A DNA stretch of 64,000 nt from an uncultured bacterium. Lineage in GTDB: Bacteria > Actinomycetota > Acidimicrobiia > Spongiisociales > UBA5794. The notes below the pieces were generated by a model. It was not told where the DNA came from. It did not search any database and saw only the letters and a program-made list of their open reading frames with translations. Of the stretch, positions 28,865-39,134 are shown piece after piece (within the stretch, counting starts at the first letter, position 1; each line of letters opens with the position of its first letter). The translations under genes and the position numbers were made by a program. The DNA is taken from positions 64,001 through 128,000 of the forward strand of contig CAWDDT010000007.1 in NCBI GenBank assembly GCA_963801165.1. Reading direction: 5' to 3'.

Positions 28865-29167
28865 CTAGCCGAACCAGTGGACACGGCACCACGTGCGGCG
28901 CTCGCATTCGGGGCACTGCATCCAGCGGCTGTATTGCTTGCCGGGAACCCAGAAGGAGATGAAGGCCACCCGCACCCCGAGCTCGAGGGTTGTCATCCGC
29001 GTGTGGGCGAGACACCGCGAGCATTCCACGACGACGGTGCCGCGCCGTCTCGGTCCTGCGCTGAAGAATGCGCGCTTGCCCTGCTCCGGCGACGAACCGG
29101 ACGCGACGTCGCCGGGCGCCGGGGGTGAGAACAGGGCCTTCTTGCCCATCGGATCAGTGCCGCTCAC
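28865..29167 (-). CDS. Small hypothetical protein with two CxxC motifs (putative Zn ribbon)
   Basis: ECSRC and QCPEC; GAGGAG RBS and GTG start inside the 3' end of parA. Confidence 0.75.
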   Translation of the reverse strand: MSGTDPMGKKALFSPPAPGDVASGSSPEQGKRAFFSAGPRRRGTVVVECSRCLAHTRMTTLELGVRVAFISFWVPGKQYSRWMQCPECERRTWCRVHWFG

Positions 29168-29945
29168 TGCTTCTCCTCTTTCCGGCCCGTACCGCACCGT
29201 CGATGGCCTTTGCCAGCGATCGGTAGGCAACAGCGGGTTTGGACGAGCGGGCGTGCCGCAATACGGACTTGCCGTACGCCGGTGCTTCGGCTGCTCGTAC
29301 CGACTTCGGTATCGGTGGATCGAATACCTTCAGTTCGTGCTGGCTCGCAACCGTTTCGAGCACTTGCCGGGCCAAGCGCGTGCGACCGTCGTACATCGTT
29401 GCGACGCCACCAAGAACACCGAGAGAGTCGTTGGTGTAGGCGCGCACATCGCCGATCGTCTCCAGGAGTTGCCCTACGCCCCGATGGCTGAGCGTGTCGC
29501 ACTGGAACGGTATCACCACCCAGTCCGCCGCGGTCAGAGCGTTGATCGTCAGGATCCCGAGAGAAGGCCCGCAGTCGATGAGCATGTAGTCGTAGTTATC
29601 GTGCAGCGGCTTGAGCGCCCGCGCCAGAACGAACTCGCGGCCCGTCCTGGTCATGAGATGAACCTCGGCGCCGGCGAGGTCGATCGAGGAGGGGAGCAAG
29701 TCGGGACCATCGTGGCTCTCGATCAACACCGATCGAGCAGGGGTACGGCCGACAAAGACGTCGTGGAGCGTGGCCTCCAGATTCTCGCCGTTGACGCCCG
29801 AGGCATAGGTGAGACAGGCCTGTGGATCGAGATCGACGAGAAGCACCGACCGGCCCATGTCCGCGAGCGCATCGCCGAGCGTATGCACGGTCGTGGTCTT
29901 GGCGACGCCGCCCTTCTGGTTGGCGAATGCGATCACTGACGCCAT
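29154..29945 (-). CDS. ParA/Soj family ATPase (orphan)
   Basis: NQKGGVAKTTT deviant Walker A, DLDPQ, IDCGPSLG; TACACT-N7-ATG leaderless start; no parB adjacent. Confidence 0.93.
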   Translation of the reverse strand: MASVIAFANQKGGVAKTTTVHTLGDALADMGRSVLLVDLDPQACLTYASGVNGENLEATLHDVFVGRTPARSVLIESHDGPDLLPSSIDLAGAEVHLMTRTGREFVLARALKPLHDNYDYMLIDCGPSLGILTINALTAADWVVIPFQCDTLSHRGVGQLLETIGDVRAYTNDSLGVLGGVATMYDGRTRLARQVLETVASQHELKVFDPPIPKSVRAAEAPAYGKSVLRHARSSKPAVAYRSLAKAIDGAVRAGKRRSSERH

Positions 29946-29988
29946 GACACGGAGTGTAGTTGCGGGCGCGGCCGCGGCTGCTGGGAGG

Positions 29989-31413
29989 TCAGTCCCAATC
30001 TGTGTGGAACAGCTCTCCGGGCGGTCCGTCGACCCGCTCGTAGGTGTGTGCCCCGAAGAAGTCGCGCTGTGCCTGGATGAGGTTCGCCGGAACGCGGGCC
30101 GACCGGTATCCGTCGAAGAAAGCCAGGGCAGCACTGTATGCGGGCACCGCGATGCCGGCCGCCACCGCCCGGTTCACGGTTCGTCTCCAGCCGGGTTGGG
30201 CTTCGTCGATCGCAGCTGCGAAGTAGTCGCTGACAAGGATGTTCCCCAGATCGCCGTCGGCGGCGAACACATCCATGAGCTCCCCTAGAAAGCGGGAGCG
30301 GATGATGCAACCACCTCGCCACATCGAGGCGATCGAGGCGAAGTCGAGATCCCAACCGTGGGCCGCCGCCGCACCGGACAGGATCATGAATCCCTGCGCG
30401 TACGCGACGATCTTGGACGCGTACACGGCGTCGTGCAGGTCGCGGATCACCGCATCGGCCGGATCCGGGATGCGCACGGCAGGAGCGGAGAAGCGGGAAG
30501 AGGCCACCCTCCGCTGCTCGAGTAGCGACGAGACGATGCGGGCATACACCGCGGCGGCGGCGATGGTGGTGGGTTCGCCGAGATCCATGGACGATTTCAC
30601 CGCCCACTTGCCGGTACCTTTCTGACCAGCCCGGTCGAGGATCTTCTCGAGCAATGGGGTGCCATCGGTGTCGAGCCGCTTCATGATCGCTGCGGTGATT
30701 TCAACCAGGTACGAGTCGAGCGGTCCGTCGTTCCAACGGGCAAACACCGCGGACATGTCGTCGTGGTTGAGCCCGAGCCCACGGTGCATCACGTCGTAGG
30801 CCTCGGCGAGCACCTGCATGTCGCCGTACTCGATCCCGTTGTGAACGGTCTTGACGAAGTGGCCGGCGCCGTCGCTGCCGATCCATTCGCAGCAGGGTGT
30901 ACCGTCGACGTCGGCGGCGATGTCCTGGAAGATGGGCCTTACCGACGGCCATGCGCTTGCGGTTCCGGCGGGCATGATGGAAGGCCCGGTCCGTGCCCCG
31001 GCCTCTCCCCCCGATATCCCGGCGCCGATGAAGGCCAGGCCCGCCGCTTCGAGCCTACGGGCCCGATCGATGGTGTCGGTGTAGAGCGAGTTGCCGCCGT
31101 CGATAATGATGTCACCCTCATCGAGCATTGGCTGTAGCCTCCCGATGAGGTCCTCCACGGGACTGCCCGACTTCACCATGAGCAGGATTCGGCGTGGCTT
31201 TGCAAGCGATGCGACGAGTTCCTCGAGCGAGTGGGTGCCGATCACAGCGGTGTCTCGGGCGGGACCGCCGAGGAAGTCGTCCACAGTGCTGGCCGTACGG
31301 TTCCATACGGCCACCACGTAGCCGTGGTCGTCCATGTTCAGCACGAGGTTGCTCCCCATGACGCCGAGACCCACCACGCCTATGTCTGCTTTCGGTGTCA
31401 TTTCCGTGATCAT
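29989..31413 (-). CDS. gnd: 6-phosphogluconate dehydrogenase, decarboxylating (start 31413 or 31401)
   Basis: GLGVMG, HNGIEYGDMQ, QKGTGKW, QAQRDFFGAHTY. Confidence 0.98.
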   Translation of the reverse strand: MITEMTPKADIGVVGLGVMGSNLVLNMDDHGYVVAVWNRTASTVDDFLGGPARDTAVIGTHSLEELVASLAKPRRILLMVKSGSPVEDLIGRLQPMLDEGDIIIDGGNSLYTDTIDRARRLEAAGLAFIGAGISGGEAGARTGPSIMPAGTASAWPSVRPIFQDIAADVDGTPCCEWIGSDGAGHFVKTVHNGIEYGDMQVLAEAYDVMHRGLGLNHDDMSAVFARWNDGPLDSYLVEITAAIMKRLDTDGTPLLEKILDRAGQKGTGKWAVKSSMDLGEPTTIAAAAVYARIVSSLLEQRRVASSRFSAPAVRIPDPADAVIRDLHDAVYASKIVAYAQGFMILSGAAAAHGWDLDFASIASMWRGGCIIRSRFLGELMDVFAADGDLGNILVSDYFAAAIDEAQPGWRRTVNRAVAAGIAVPAYSAALAFFDGYRSARVPANLIQAQRDFFGAHTYERVDGPPGELFHTDWD

Positions 31414-31582
31414 CTCCCGTCGAATCTTGGCACATCGCCCGGCCGCAAAGGACGATGTCACACGGGTGGCTGCGACTGTTGCGACGCTATGTCGGGATAG
31501 TGGGTCGGGCGACTCATTTCGAAATTTCCTACCGCCCGCACGGCTTTCGGTAGTACCTTGCTATGTGTGAGAGAGGACTCTC

Positions 31583-31614
31583 ACGTGTTGCGTGTCTGAC
31601 GTGTTGCGTGTCTG
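31583..31614. repeat. 16-bp perfect tandem duplication ACGTGTTGCGTGTCTG
   Basis: Seen directly, immediately upstream of the GGDEF-EAL ORF. Confidence 0.9.
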
Positions 31615-34278
31615 GTGGTGCGAGTGACCTTCGGTAACAATCGGAAGTCGGCGCTGAGCGTGGCCGCTAGGGCGGCTCGGCGGATGAAGCGCGGCCGCGT
31701 GGCGCGTCGCGCGGCAGTCTGGCTTTGGCTGCTGGCCCTTTCGGGGTTTGTCGCTGCCGGGCTCGTCGGATGGTGGAAATGGACCGCCCCCGCCGTTCTG
31801 CCCCACGCCCTTGCGTGGTGGGGTTTGCTCATCGGCTTCTACATATCTGAATGGCTTGTAGTCACGATCCGATACGGTAACCGGGCTCACGCATTCTCGA
31901 TGGGAGCGATTCTGCTGGTGGTTGGGCTTCTGGTCGTGAGACCTGTCGAGCTCCTCGCCGTTGTTGCTCTCTCCACTGTGGTGTATATCGGATCGAAGCG
32001 CCGCGAGCCCCTCGTTGTGCTCGTCCTGCACATCGGGCGGCGGCTGCTGGAGGCCTCGGTCGCCCTTGTTATCTACGCTCTGGCAGCCCACAGCGGTGAC
32101 CCTTTTGGTTCGACCGGATGGCTGGTGATCATGGCCGCGGTGGTGGCGGCCTTCCTGGCGGGTCATAGCGCATTCTCGCTCGCCGGCGCCATCCAGGGTT
32201 TCGAGTCCTCGTGGGGTGAGAGCCTCGAGTCATACGGCTTTGGTGCCTTCGTCAGCGTGGTCAACGCCACCCTCGGCATGCTTGTTGCCGAGGCTGTGTT
32301 CTCCGCACCGCGCGCTGCCTTCTTCGCCGTCATCCCGGCGCTCGGCCTGTTCGCAGGCTTCCGTGCCTATGCACTCTCCAAACAGGAGCGGGTCAGACTC
32401 GGCCAGCTGTACGCTGCCACGCGTGATCTGCATGCGTCTCCGCAGCTGGAGGAGTCTCTCCTCTCGGCTGCCGGTCATGCCCGGGCGATGTTCGATTCCG
32501 AGTTCTGCGAGATCGTGCTCGAGCTCGGGGGCGAGCGGAACGCCTTTCGCACCATCGCCGGTCCCGGCGACAACAAGTCAGCGATGGAGGCGACCGAGAT
32601 GGACCGGTGGCGTACGGTCTGGGACCAGGCCAAGGAGCGAAATGCCGCGTTCGTCATCGACCGTTCCGGATCGCTCGCCTCGTCGGCCGGCGACCGGCGT
32701 CTCCCCATCGTCGCCGCCATGGTGGCCCCGGTCTGTGTCGGCGAGGCCCATGTCGGCATAATCGTCGTAGCCAACCCCCTCGACGATGCCGCCCTTTTCT
32801 CCAAGTCCGACCTGAAGCTGCTCGCCGCACTCTCCGAGCAGGTAGCGGTTGCCGTCGACAACGGGCAGCTCGAGGACTCGTTGTTAGAGCTGACCCAGCT
32901 CAAGGCGGAGCTGGAGCATCAGGCCCTGCACGACGGTCTGACCGGGTTGGCGAACCGGGCGCTGTTCGGCGAGAGCATCTTCCACGCCTTGCAGCAGACG
33001 AGACGCACGGCAGGCGACATCGCGGTGCTGCTCATGGATCTCGACGACTTCAAGGAGATCAACGACAGCCTGGGTCACGGAGCGGGCGACGAGGTGCTGG
33101 TGGCGGCGGCCAACCTGCTGCGTAGCGAGTGTGGTCAGGAGGACATCATTGCCCGGCTCGGCGGTGATGAGTTCGGGGTGCTTCTTCAGGATGTCAGCGG
33201 CGCCCAGCAGGCGATCGAGACGGCGCAGAGGATCCTCGCCGCGCTGGGTAGCTCGCTGCGAATCTCGGGTCGGGACATCCAGGCCAACATCAGTATCGGG
33301 ATCGCCTTCGGCCGCTATGGCGACACCTCGACACAGGTGCTGCGCAACGCCGATGCGGCGATGTACGCAGCCAAGAGCGACGGGAAGGGCACGTTCCGGG
33401 TCTTCGAGTCGAGCATGCACGCCGCCGTGCTCGCTCAGCTCAAGATGCGGGAGGATCTCGAGGCAGCGATCGCGCGACAGGAGCTCCGGTTGCTGTATCA
33501 GCCGATCGTCAACCTGGCGGACGGCTCGCTCCGTGGCTTCGAGGCCCTGCTGCGCTGGCAGCACGCGCTCAAGGGATGGCAGAACCCGGCTACCTTCATT
33601 CCCTTTGCTGAGGAGACGGGGCTCATCCACGACATCGGGCGCTGGGTTCTGTGGGAGGCGGCCCGCCGTTGCCGGGCGTGGATCACGCTTCTCAATCCCC
33701 AACCCGGTGAGTTCAAGGTGTCGGTGAACCTCTCAGCTCGGCAACTCGACGACGCGTCGATCGTCGCCGAGGTCTCCAGGGTCCTCGAGGAGATGGCCTT
33801 CGATCCCCGATTCCTCGTCCTGGAGATAACGGAAACGGCGATGATGAACGCCGCTCCGAGCCTTCTCGATGAGCTCCACAGCCTGGGTTGCCCGCTGGCG
33901 ATCGATGACTTCGGCACTGGTTACTCCTCGCTGGCCTCACTGCACAAGCTGTCGATGGATATCATCAAGATCGACCAGGTGTTCGTGCGCGGGCTGGCCG
34001 ACGAGAACGACAATTCGTCCCCGTTCGTCGGCACGATGGTCGGTCTCAGCCAGGCACTCGGGCTGCAGACGATTGTGGAGGGTATCGAGACCAAGGAGCA
34101 ACTCGAGAAGCTCATAGAGTTGGGCTGCGACACAGGCCAGGGGTTCTATTTCGCCAAACCGCTCCCGCTCGAGCAGGCCCAGCAGCTCGTGGAGCGTCAG
34201 GCCAAGGGCGAGCCGGTGTTCGATCTCGAAGCTATGGCGGCCGGCTATCGCGATCGACGGCTCAGGTCGGTCCCGTAG
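31615..34278 (+). CDS. Membrane-bound diguanylate cyclase/phosphodiesterase (TM-GAF-GGDEF-EAL); start may be 31684
   Basis: HDGLTGLANR, DLDDFK, RLGGDEF, FEALLRW, EITE, IDDFGTGYSS, QGFYF. Confidence 0.95.
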   Translation: MVRVTFGNNRKSALSVAARAARRMKRGRVARRAAVWLWLLALSGFVAAGLVGWWKWTAPAVLPHALAWWGLLIGFYISEWLVVTIRYGNRAHAFSMGAILLVVGLLVVRPVELLAVVALSTVVYIGSKRREPLVVLVLHIGRRLLEASVALVIYALAAHSGDPFGSTGWLVIMAAVVAAFLAGHSAFSLAGAIQGFESSWGESLESYGFGAFVSVVNATLGMLVAEAVFSAPRAAFFAVIPALGLFAGFRAYALSKQERVRLGQLYAATRDLHASPQLEESLLSAAGHARAMFDSEFCEIVLELGGERNAFRTIAGPGDNKSAMEATEMDRWRTVWDQAKERNAAFVIDRSGSLASSAGDRRLPIVAAMVAPVCVGEAHVGIIVVANPLDDAALFSKSDLKLLAALSEQVAVAVDNGQLEDSLLELTQLKAELEHQALHDGLTGLANRALFGESIFHALQQTRRTAGDIAVLLMDLDDFKEINDSLGHGAGDEVLVAAANLLRSECGQEDIIARLGGDEFGVLLQDVSGAQQAIETAQRILAALGSSLRISGRDIQANISIGIAFGRYGDTSTQVLRNADAAMYAAKSDGKGTFRVFESSMHAAVLAQLKMREDLEAAIARQELRLLYQPIVNLADGSLRGFEALLRWQHALKGWQNPATFIPFAEETGLIHDIGRWVLWEAARRCRAWITLLNPQPGEFKVSVNLSARQLDDASIVAEVSRVLEEMAFDPRFLVLEITETAMMNAAPSLLDELHSLGCPLAIDDFGTGYSSLASLHKLSMDIIKIDQVFVRGLADENDNSSPFVGTMVGLSQALGLQTIVEGIETKEQLEKLIELGCDTGQGFYFAKPLPLEQAQQLVERQAKGEPVFDLEAMAAGYRDRRLRSVP

Positions 34279-34281
34279 CCG

Positions 34282-35505
34282 TCAGCCTGCCAGCACCGCA
34301 GCGATCTGCTCCAGTGCCCAGTCGACCTCGTTGCGTGTGATCACCAGCGGTGGGGCGATCCGCAGCGTGTTCTCATGAGTGTCCTTGGCGAGCAACCCCC
34401 GCTGCTGGAGCGCTTCGATGATCGGCCGGGCGCCCCCGGCATCCTGATGGAGCTCGATGGCGAGCATCAGGCCCCTACCCCTGACCTCCTTGACCAGGTC
34501 GGAGCGGATCATGGCGAGCTGCTCCAGGAAGTAGGCGCCGAGCTGTGCCGAATTCTCGATCATCCCCTCATCGACGAGGACACGCAGCGCGGTGCGGGCC
34601 ACCGCCGCAGCCAGCGGGTTGCCACCGAAGGTGCTGCCATGCTCTCCGGGCTTGAGCACGCCGAGCACCTCGACGTTCGAGAGGACCGCTGAGATGGGGT
34701 AAAAGCCCCCCGAAAGAGCCTTGCCGATGAGGGTCACATCGGCCTCGATGCCCTCGTGCTCTTCCGCCAGCAGCTTTCCCGTCCTGCCCAGCCCCGTCTG
34801 GATCTCGTCCAGGATGAGCGTGATGTCGTGCTCCGTGCACAGTTCGCGCACAGCAGGGAAGTAGCCGGGTGGCGGGATGATCACCCCGGCCTCACCCTGG
34901 ATCGGCTCCACCAGGAAAGCCACGGTGTTCGGTCCGATCGCCGCACGCAAAGCCTCGATGTCGCCAAACGGCACTACCTTGAATCCCGGGGCGAAAGGAC
35001 CGAAGCCGGTGCGGGCGACCGGGTCGGTGCTGAATCCGACGATTCCGATGGTCCGGCCGTGAAAGTTGTTGGCGCATACGATGATCTCGGCGCAGTTGTC
35101 GGGCACGCCCCGCACCTCGTATCCCCACTTCCGTACCGCTTTGATCGCTGATTCCACAGCCTCGGCGCCGCTGTTCATCGGCAGGATCTTGTGGCTTCCG
35201 GTCAGGGCTGCCAGGTCCTCATAGAGGAGGGCGAGCTGGTCGTTCCGGAACGCCCGCGAGGTGAGTGTGAGGCGAGACGCTTGCGCCACCATCGTCTCCA
35301 GGATCTCGGGGTGGCAATGACCCTGGTTGACGGCCGAGTATGCCGAGAGACAATCGAGGTAGCGTTTCCCCTCGACATCCCATACCCAGCAGCCTTTTCC
35401 TCTGGTAAGCACGACATCAAGGGGCTTGTAATTGTGCGCCCCCAGCCGCCACTCGGTAGCGATGAGATCGGGTGGGGACGCGACCGGCTTGTCGTTGGTC
35501 TGCAT
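34282..35505 (-). CDS. rocD: Ornithine--oxo-acid transaminase
   Basis: [45 protein letters not shown]; TAGGCT-N7-ATG. Confidence 0.96.
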   Translation of the reverse strand: MQTNDKPVASPPDLIATEWRLGAHNYKPLDVVLTRGKGCWVWDVEGKRYLDCLSAYSAVNQGHCHPEILETMVAQASRLTLTSRAFRNDQLALLYEDLAALTGSHKILPMNSGAEAVESAIKAVRKWGYEVRGVPDNCAEIIVCANNFHGRTIGIVGFSTDPVARTGFGPFAPGFKVVPFGDIEALRAAIGPNTVAFLVEPIQGEAGVIIPPPGYFPAVRELCTEHDITLILDEIQTGLGRTGKLLAEEHEGIEADVTLIGKALSGGFYPISAVLSNVEVLGVLKPGEHGSTFGGNPLAAAVARTALRVLVDEGMIENSAQLGAYFLEQLAMIRSDLVKEVRGRGLMLAIELHQDAGGARPIIEALQQRGLLAKDTHENTLRIAPPLVITRNEVDWALEQIAAVLAG

Positions 35506-35762
35506 ACAGGAGAGCCTATACGGCCGCGGTTCGGGTCGAGTGGATGTCGGGTGGCCGCTGCGGGGGTCGGTTCCGCCCCGATGACGACGGAATGGTGCCG
35601 GGCCCATCTTGTGTGCGAGCCTTTGCATTTCTCATTGGGCCGCTCCATCGGCCCAGGTAGTATGTCGGAGTCCCCTGGATCTCGAGCTGGCGCAGGGGGT
35701 ACTGCTGTGGGACTAGGGTGACTAGACATCGGGCGACACGGCGAAATGGCGCCACTTATAGA

Positions 35763-35789
35763 TCAAGACGGGTTTGGTACGGCCGATAG
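35763..35789 (+). promoter_or_regulatory. Sigma28 (FliA/WhiG)-type promoter
   Basis: TCAAG-N14-GCCGATAG, ending 8 nt before ATG 35798. Confidence 0.7.
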
Positions 35790-35797
35790 GAATTCCT

Positions 35798-38700
35798 ATG
35801 AACAGCGCAAATGTCCCAAGCGGCCCCAGACGGCCGAGGTTCTCGACGGCCCGCCGCGGCTTCGAGAAGGAGGAAGTCGAGACCTTCGTCAATGAGATGT
35901 GGGAGACGCACGACAAGTTGGCGTCTTCCGCAGCACTCGCCGAACGCCGGCTGACGGACGCGACCTCGCGCCTCGAAGAGAACGAACTCCGCCTCAAAGA
36001 GGCAACGGATCGCATAACCGACCTCGAGTCCCGGATGGCGACGGGGTCCGAGGCTACCGACCCGGTCAAGACCGACGACGAGCAGATGAAGTCGATGCTT
36101 GCGGCCAAAGAGCGCATCCTCGACCGTGCCAAGGAGCGGGCCCGGCAGATCGAGGACGAAGCACGGGAATCCGCAAGTCAGGTCGTTGCCCGCGCTCGTG
36201 ATGAGGCCGACCGAATTGCAGCCGCTACCCCCGTCTCGGCCCCCGCTACCCAGTTCACCACTGAGCCCACCACTGAGATTGCTTCCCCGACCCACGAAAG
36301 CGTTGTTCTCGCCAAGAAGGAAGCAGCCGTTGTCCTGGCGCGCGCTGAGCAGAAGGCCGCGACGATCATCGCCGACGCTAAGCAGATCGAACAACAGGCC
36401 CGGAGTGCGAGCTTTGCCAAGAGCGACGTCGACGAGTTGGCTCGGGGCACGCTCGATGCTGCCCACGCCCGCGCCGCCTCGATCACCGCGCGCGCTGAGG
36501 CTGTTGCTGCCGAGGCGTCGCAGGACGCGGCCCGAATGCGGGCCGAAGCCACCGCCGCCACCGCACAGGCTCGTGAAAAACTAGCCGCGGCCGGCGCCGA
36601 GGCCGCTCATATGACCGTGGAAGCAAACGAGTTGCTGGCCAAGGCACGGACCGCCATAGCCGCGGCCCGGGAGGAAGCCGAGACCGCCACCGCCGAGGCC
36701 GAGGCCCGGGTCAACATGCTGACCCGTACCGCCGACAACTATGCGACCCGGGTTCGCTCCGAGGCCGACCAGGCGGCAAAGCGCGTACGTGCGCTCGCCG
36801 ATGACGACGCCGGCAAGCTGCGGGTCCAGGTCGACACCGAGGTCGGCGACGCTCGCTCCAATGCCGAGGCGATGCTCGCCGAGGCTGCTTCGGCCCAGGA
36901 GAGTGCCGAGGCTGCGCTCCGTGGCGCCAGGCTCGAGGCGAAGTCGCTCGTCGACGAGGCGAATCGCCGGGCGGCCGAGGTGCGGGCTGCCGCAACCAGC
37001 GAAGCCGCCGAGGAGAAGACACGTATTACGGCTGAGGCCGAGGCGATGCGGCTCCGAGCCGCCGAGGAAGCACAACTCCTGGAGCGGAAGACCGAGCGGG
37101 CCCACAAGGAAGCTCGCGCTCGGGCCGACAACGCACGCAACGACGAAGAGAGGGCTGCCTCTCTGGTCGTCGAGGCCGAGGCAAAGGCCGAGGGAATCAT
37201 GGCCGCAGCCGAACAGGCGGCCGCCAACCGGCAAGCCGACCTGGACCGGCAGGCACTGCAGGCCAAGGAGGAGTTCGCCGCCCGTATGGCCGCCATCGTC
37301 GAGAGCGAGCAGAGTCTCGCCGGCAAGACGCAAGATCTCGAGACCGAGCGTGGGGAGCAGGCAGCTGCCCACGCAGCGGGCCAGGCCGAGGTTGCCGCTC
37401 TGAAAGAGCAGGCAGTCGCAGAACTGGAGCGGGCCAAGACCGAGAGCGCCAAAGTCATCGAGTCGGCACGGGGCGAGGCAGCGCGTCTCGTCACCGAAGC
37501 CGAAGCGTCTGCACAGGATCGGCTCGCTGGAGCCGACGCGGACGCCGCCGACAAGATAATGGCTGCCGAGAGGCGCGCCTCCGACATCATTGGTGCCGCC
37601 GAGACGAGCAAAGCCAAGTTGATCGCCGAGGGTGAGAACCTTCTGCAAGCTGCTCAGCGTGAGGGCGTCTCCGCCCGGCGCGAGGCCGGCGAGGCGGCCG
37701 GCGAGATGCGTAGTGCTGCAGCCGCCGAATGCGACATGACCAAGGCAGAGGCTCGACGTTACCTCGCCGAGGCCGAGGAAGAGCGTCGGCAGGCTCGTGA
37801 CGATCACGCAGAGGCCACCGCCGTCCTCGACCGGGCCAAGACCGACGCTGAGGGGATTCGGGCGGCAGCCGAGCGCGAGGCGACCGAGCGTGCTCTGGGA
37901 AACCGTGCCGAGCGGGAGCGTCTCGGCAAGCTCGCGGAGGAGCTCGAGGCTCAGCGACGCGAGGTCGAGGTAGAACAGTCAACGCTCGCGGCTCAGAAAT
38001 CGCAGTCCGAGATGTCGCGGCGTGAGGCAGATGAGACTCTGTCGCGAGCCCGTGCCGATGTCACCCGCATGCTCGAGGAAACCAAAGCCCAGATGGCCGA
38101 GGAGAAGTCACAGATCGATCTGCGTCGCCAGGAGATAGCTCAAGACCGGGAGGCGATCGAGTCGTGGCGTGCCGAGCTGACGGGATGGAGAGCCCAGCTC
38201 GACAAGGAACGGGCCATGGTCGATGCCTCAAAGTCGCTGGTAGAGCAGGAACGTGCCGAGCTGAAGCGGGAGATGGCCAAGACCGAAGGGCGCTGGGACG
38301 AGCTGGAGAGGCGTGGGACGAGCCTGCTCGCGGGCGCCCAGCAAGAGGCCGACGCGATCATAGAGCGAGCCTGGTCCGAGGCGAGGCGTGTCATCGGCCA
38401 TGCCGACGAGAGCGACGAGGCCGAGCGGCTTGCCGAGCTGCGTGCCGAATTGGAGAAGCAGCGTGGCGACTTCGAGAAGAGCCGGGTGGAGTTTGAGCAG
38501 AGCCAGGCTCAGCTGGAGCTGGAGCGTGCCGAACTGATCGCCGACCGCGAGGCGTTCGTCGCCGAGGTCGCCGCCAACAGCCAGGTCGACGGAGCAACGA
38601 TCAGCGAAGCGCTCAACGAGTTGGAGCAAGAACTGGCCCGGTTGGACGCGGCTTCCCCCGAACCGCCCAGCCTGGAGCCGGTGACTCCCAACACCACCGA

Positions 38701-39106
38701 TGGTGTGCAGGGCCCACGGGGCAACTGGGACATGAGCTGGTCGGCGGAGGACAAGGCAGCCGAGATGCCCGATGAAGAGGCAGAGCCGGTTGCCGAGGAC
38801 AGCGGCGACACTGAAGCCGGTGATGACGCCGACGCAGACGATGACGCCGACGATGACGCCGACGCAGACGATGACGCCGACGACACAGCCGACGCCGCAG
38901 CCGACGACGCAGCGGAATCCTCCCCGGACGACGAAGACGAGGCCATCCCGGAGGCTGCCGAGGGTGACGATCTCGGTGAGAGCCGGTATACCCGTAAGGG
39001 TCGCCGTCTCCCCAGGATCGAGAGCGGCGAGGGCGACTCGAAGTCCTCAGGCAGCGGTTTGAGGAACGCAATCATCAGCGGAAACAAACGCCGTAGCTCC
39101 TCCTGA
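35798..39106 (+). CDS. DivIVA-domain protein with very long Ala/Glu/Arg coiled coil and acidic tail
   Basis: FSTARRGFEKEEVETFV matches the DivIVA N-terminal motif; about 900 aa nearly proline-free A/E/R-rich; DDDADA tail. Confidence 0.85.
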   Translation: MNSANVPSGPRRPRFSTARRGFEKEEVETFVNEMWETHDKLASSAALAERRLTDATSRLEENELRLKEATDRITDLESRMATGSEATDPVKTDDEQMKSMLAAKERILDRAKERARQIEDEARESASQVVARARDEADRIAAATPVSAPATQFTTEPTTEIASPTHESVVLAKKEAAVVLARAEQKAATIIADAKQIEQQARSASFAKSDVDELARGTLDAAHARAASITARAEAVAAEASQDAARMRAEATAATAQAREKLAAAGAEAAHMTVEANELLAKARTAIAAAREEAETATAEAEARVNMLTRTADNYATRVRSEADQAAKRVRALADDDAGKLRVQVDTEVGDARSNAEAMLAEAASAQESAEAALRGARLEAKSLVDEANRRAAEVRAAATSEAAEEKTRITAEAEAMRLRAAEEAQLLERKTERAHKEARARADNARNDEERAASLVVEAEAKAEGIMAAAEQAAANRQADLDRQALQAKEEFAARMAAIVESEQSLAGKTQDLETERGEQAAAHAAGQAEVAALKEQAVAELERAKTESAKVIESARGEAARLVTEAEASAQDRLAGADADAADKIMAAERRASDIIGAAETSKAKLIAEGENLLQAAQREGVSARREAGEAAGEMRSAAAAECDMTKAEARRYLAEAEEERRQARDDHAEATAVLDRAKTDAEGIRAAAEREATERALGNRAERERLGKLAEELEAQRREVEVEQSTLAAQKSQSEMSRREADETLSRARADVTRMLEETKAQMAEEKSQIDLRRQEIAQDREAIESWRAELTGWRAQLDKERAMVDASKSLVEQERAELKREMAKTEGRWDELERRGTSLLAGAQQEADAIIERAWSEARRVIGHADESDEAERLAELRAELEKQRGDFEKSRVEFEQSQAQLELERAELIADREAFVAEVAANSQVDGATISEALNELEQELARLDAASPEPPSLEPVTPNTTDGVQGPRGNWDMSWSAEDKAAEMPDEEAEPVAEDSGDTEAGDDADADDDADDDADADDDADDTADAAADDAAESSPDDEDEAIPEAAEGDDLGESRYTRKGRRLPRIESGEGDSKSSGSGLRNAIISGNKRRSSS
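38822..38881 (+). repeat. 30-bp in-frame tandem repeat x2 encoding DDADADDDAD
   Basis: gatgacgccgacgcagacgatgacgccgac repeated twice. Confidence 0.85.
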
Positions 39107-39134
39107 CGAGGAGTTACTTCCCCGAGACGGTGTG

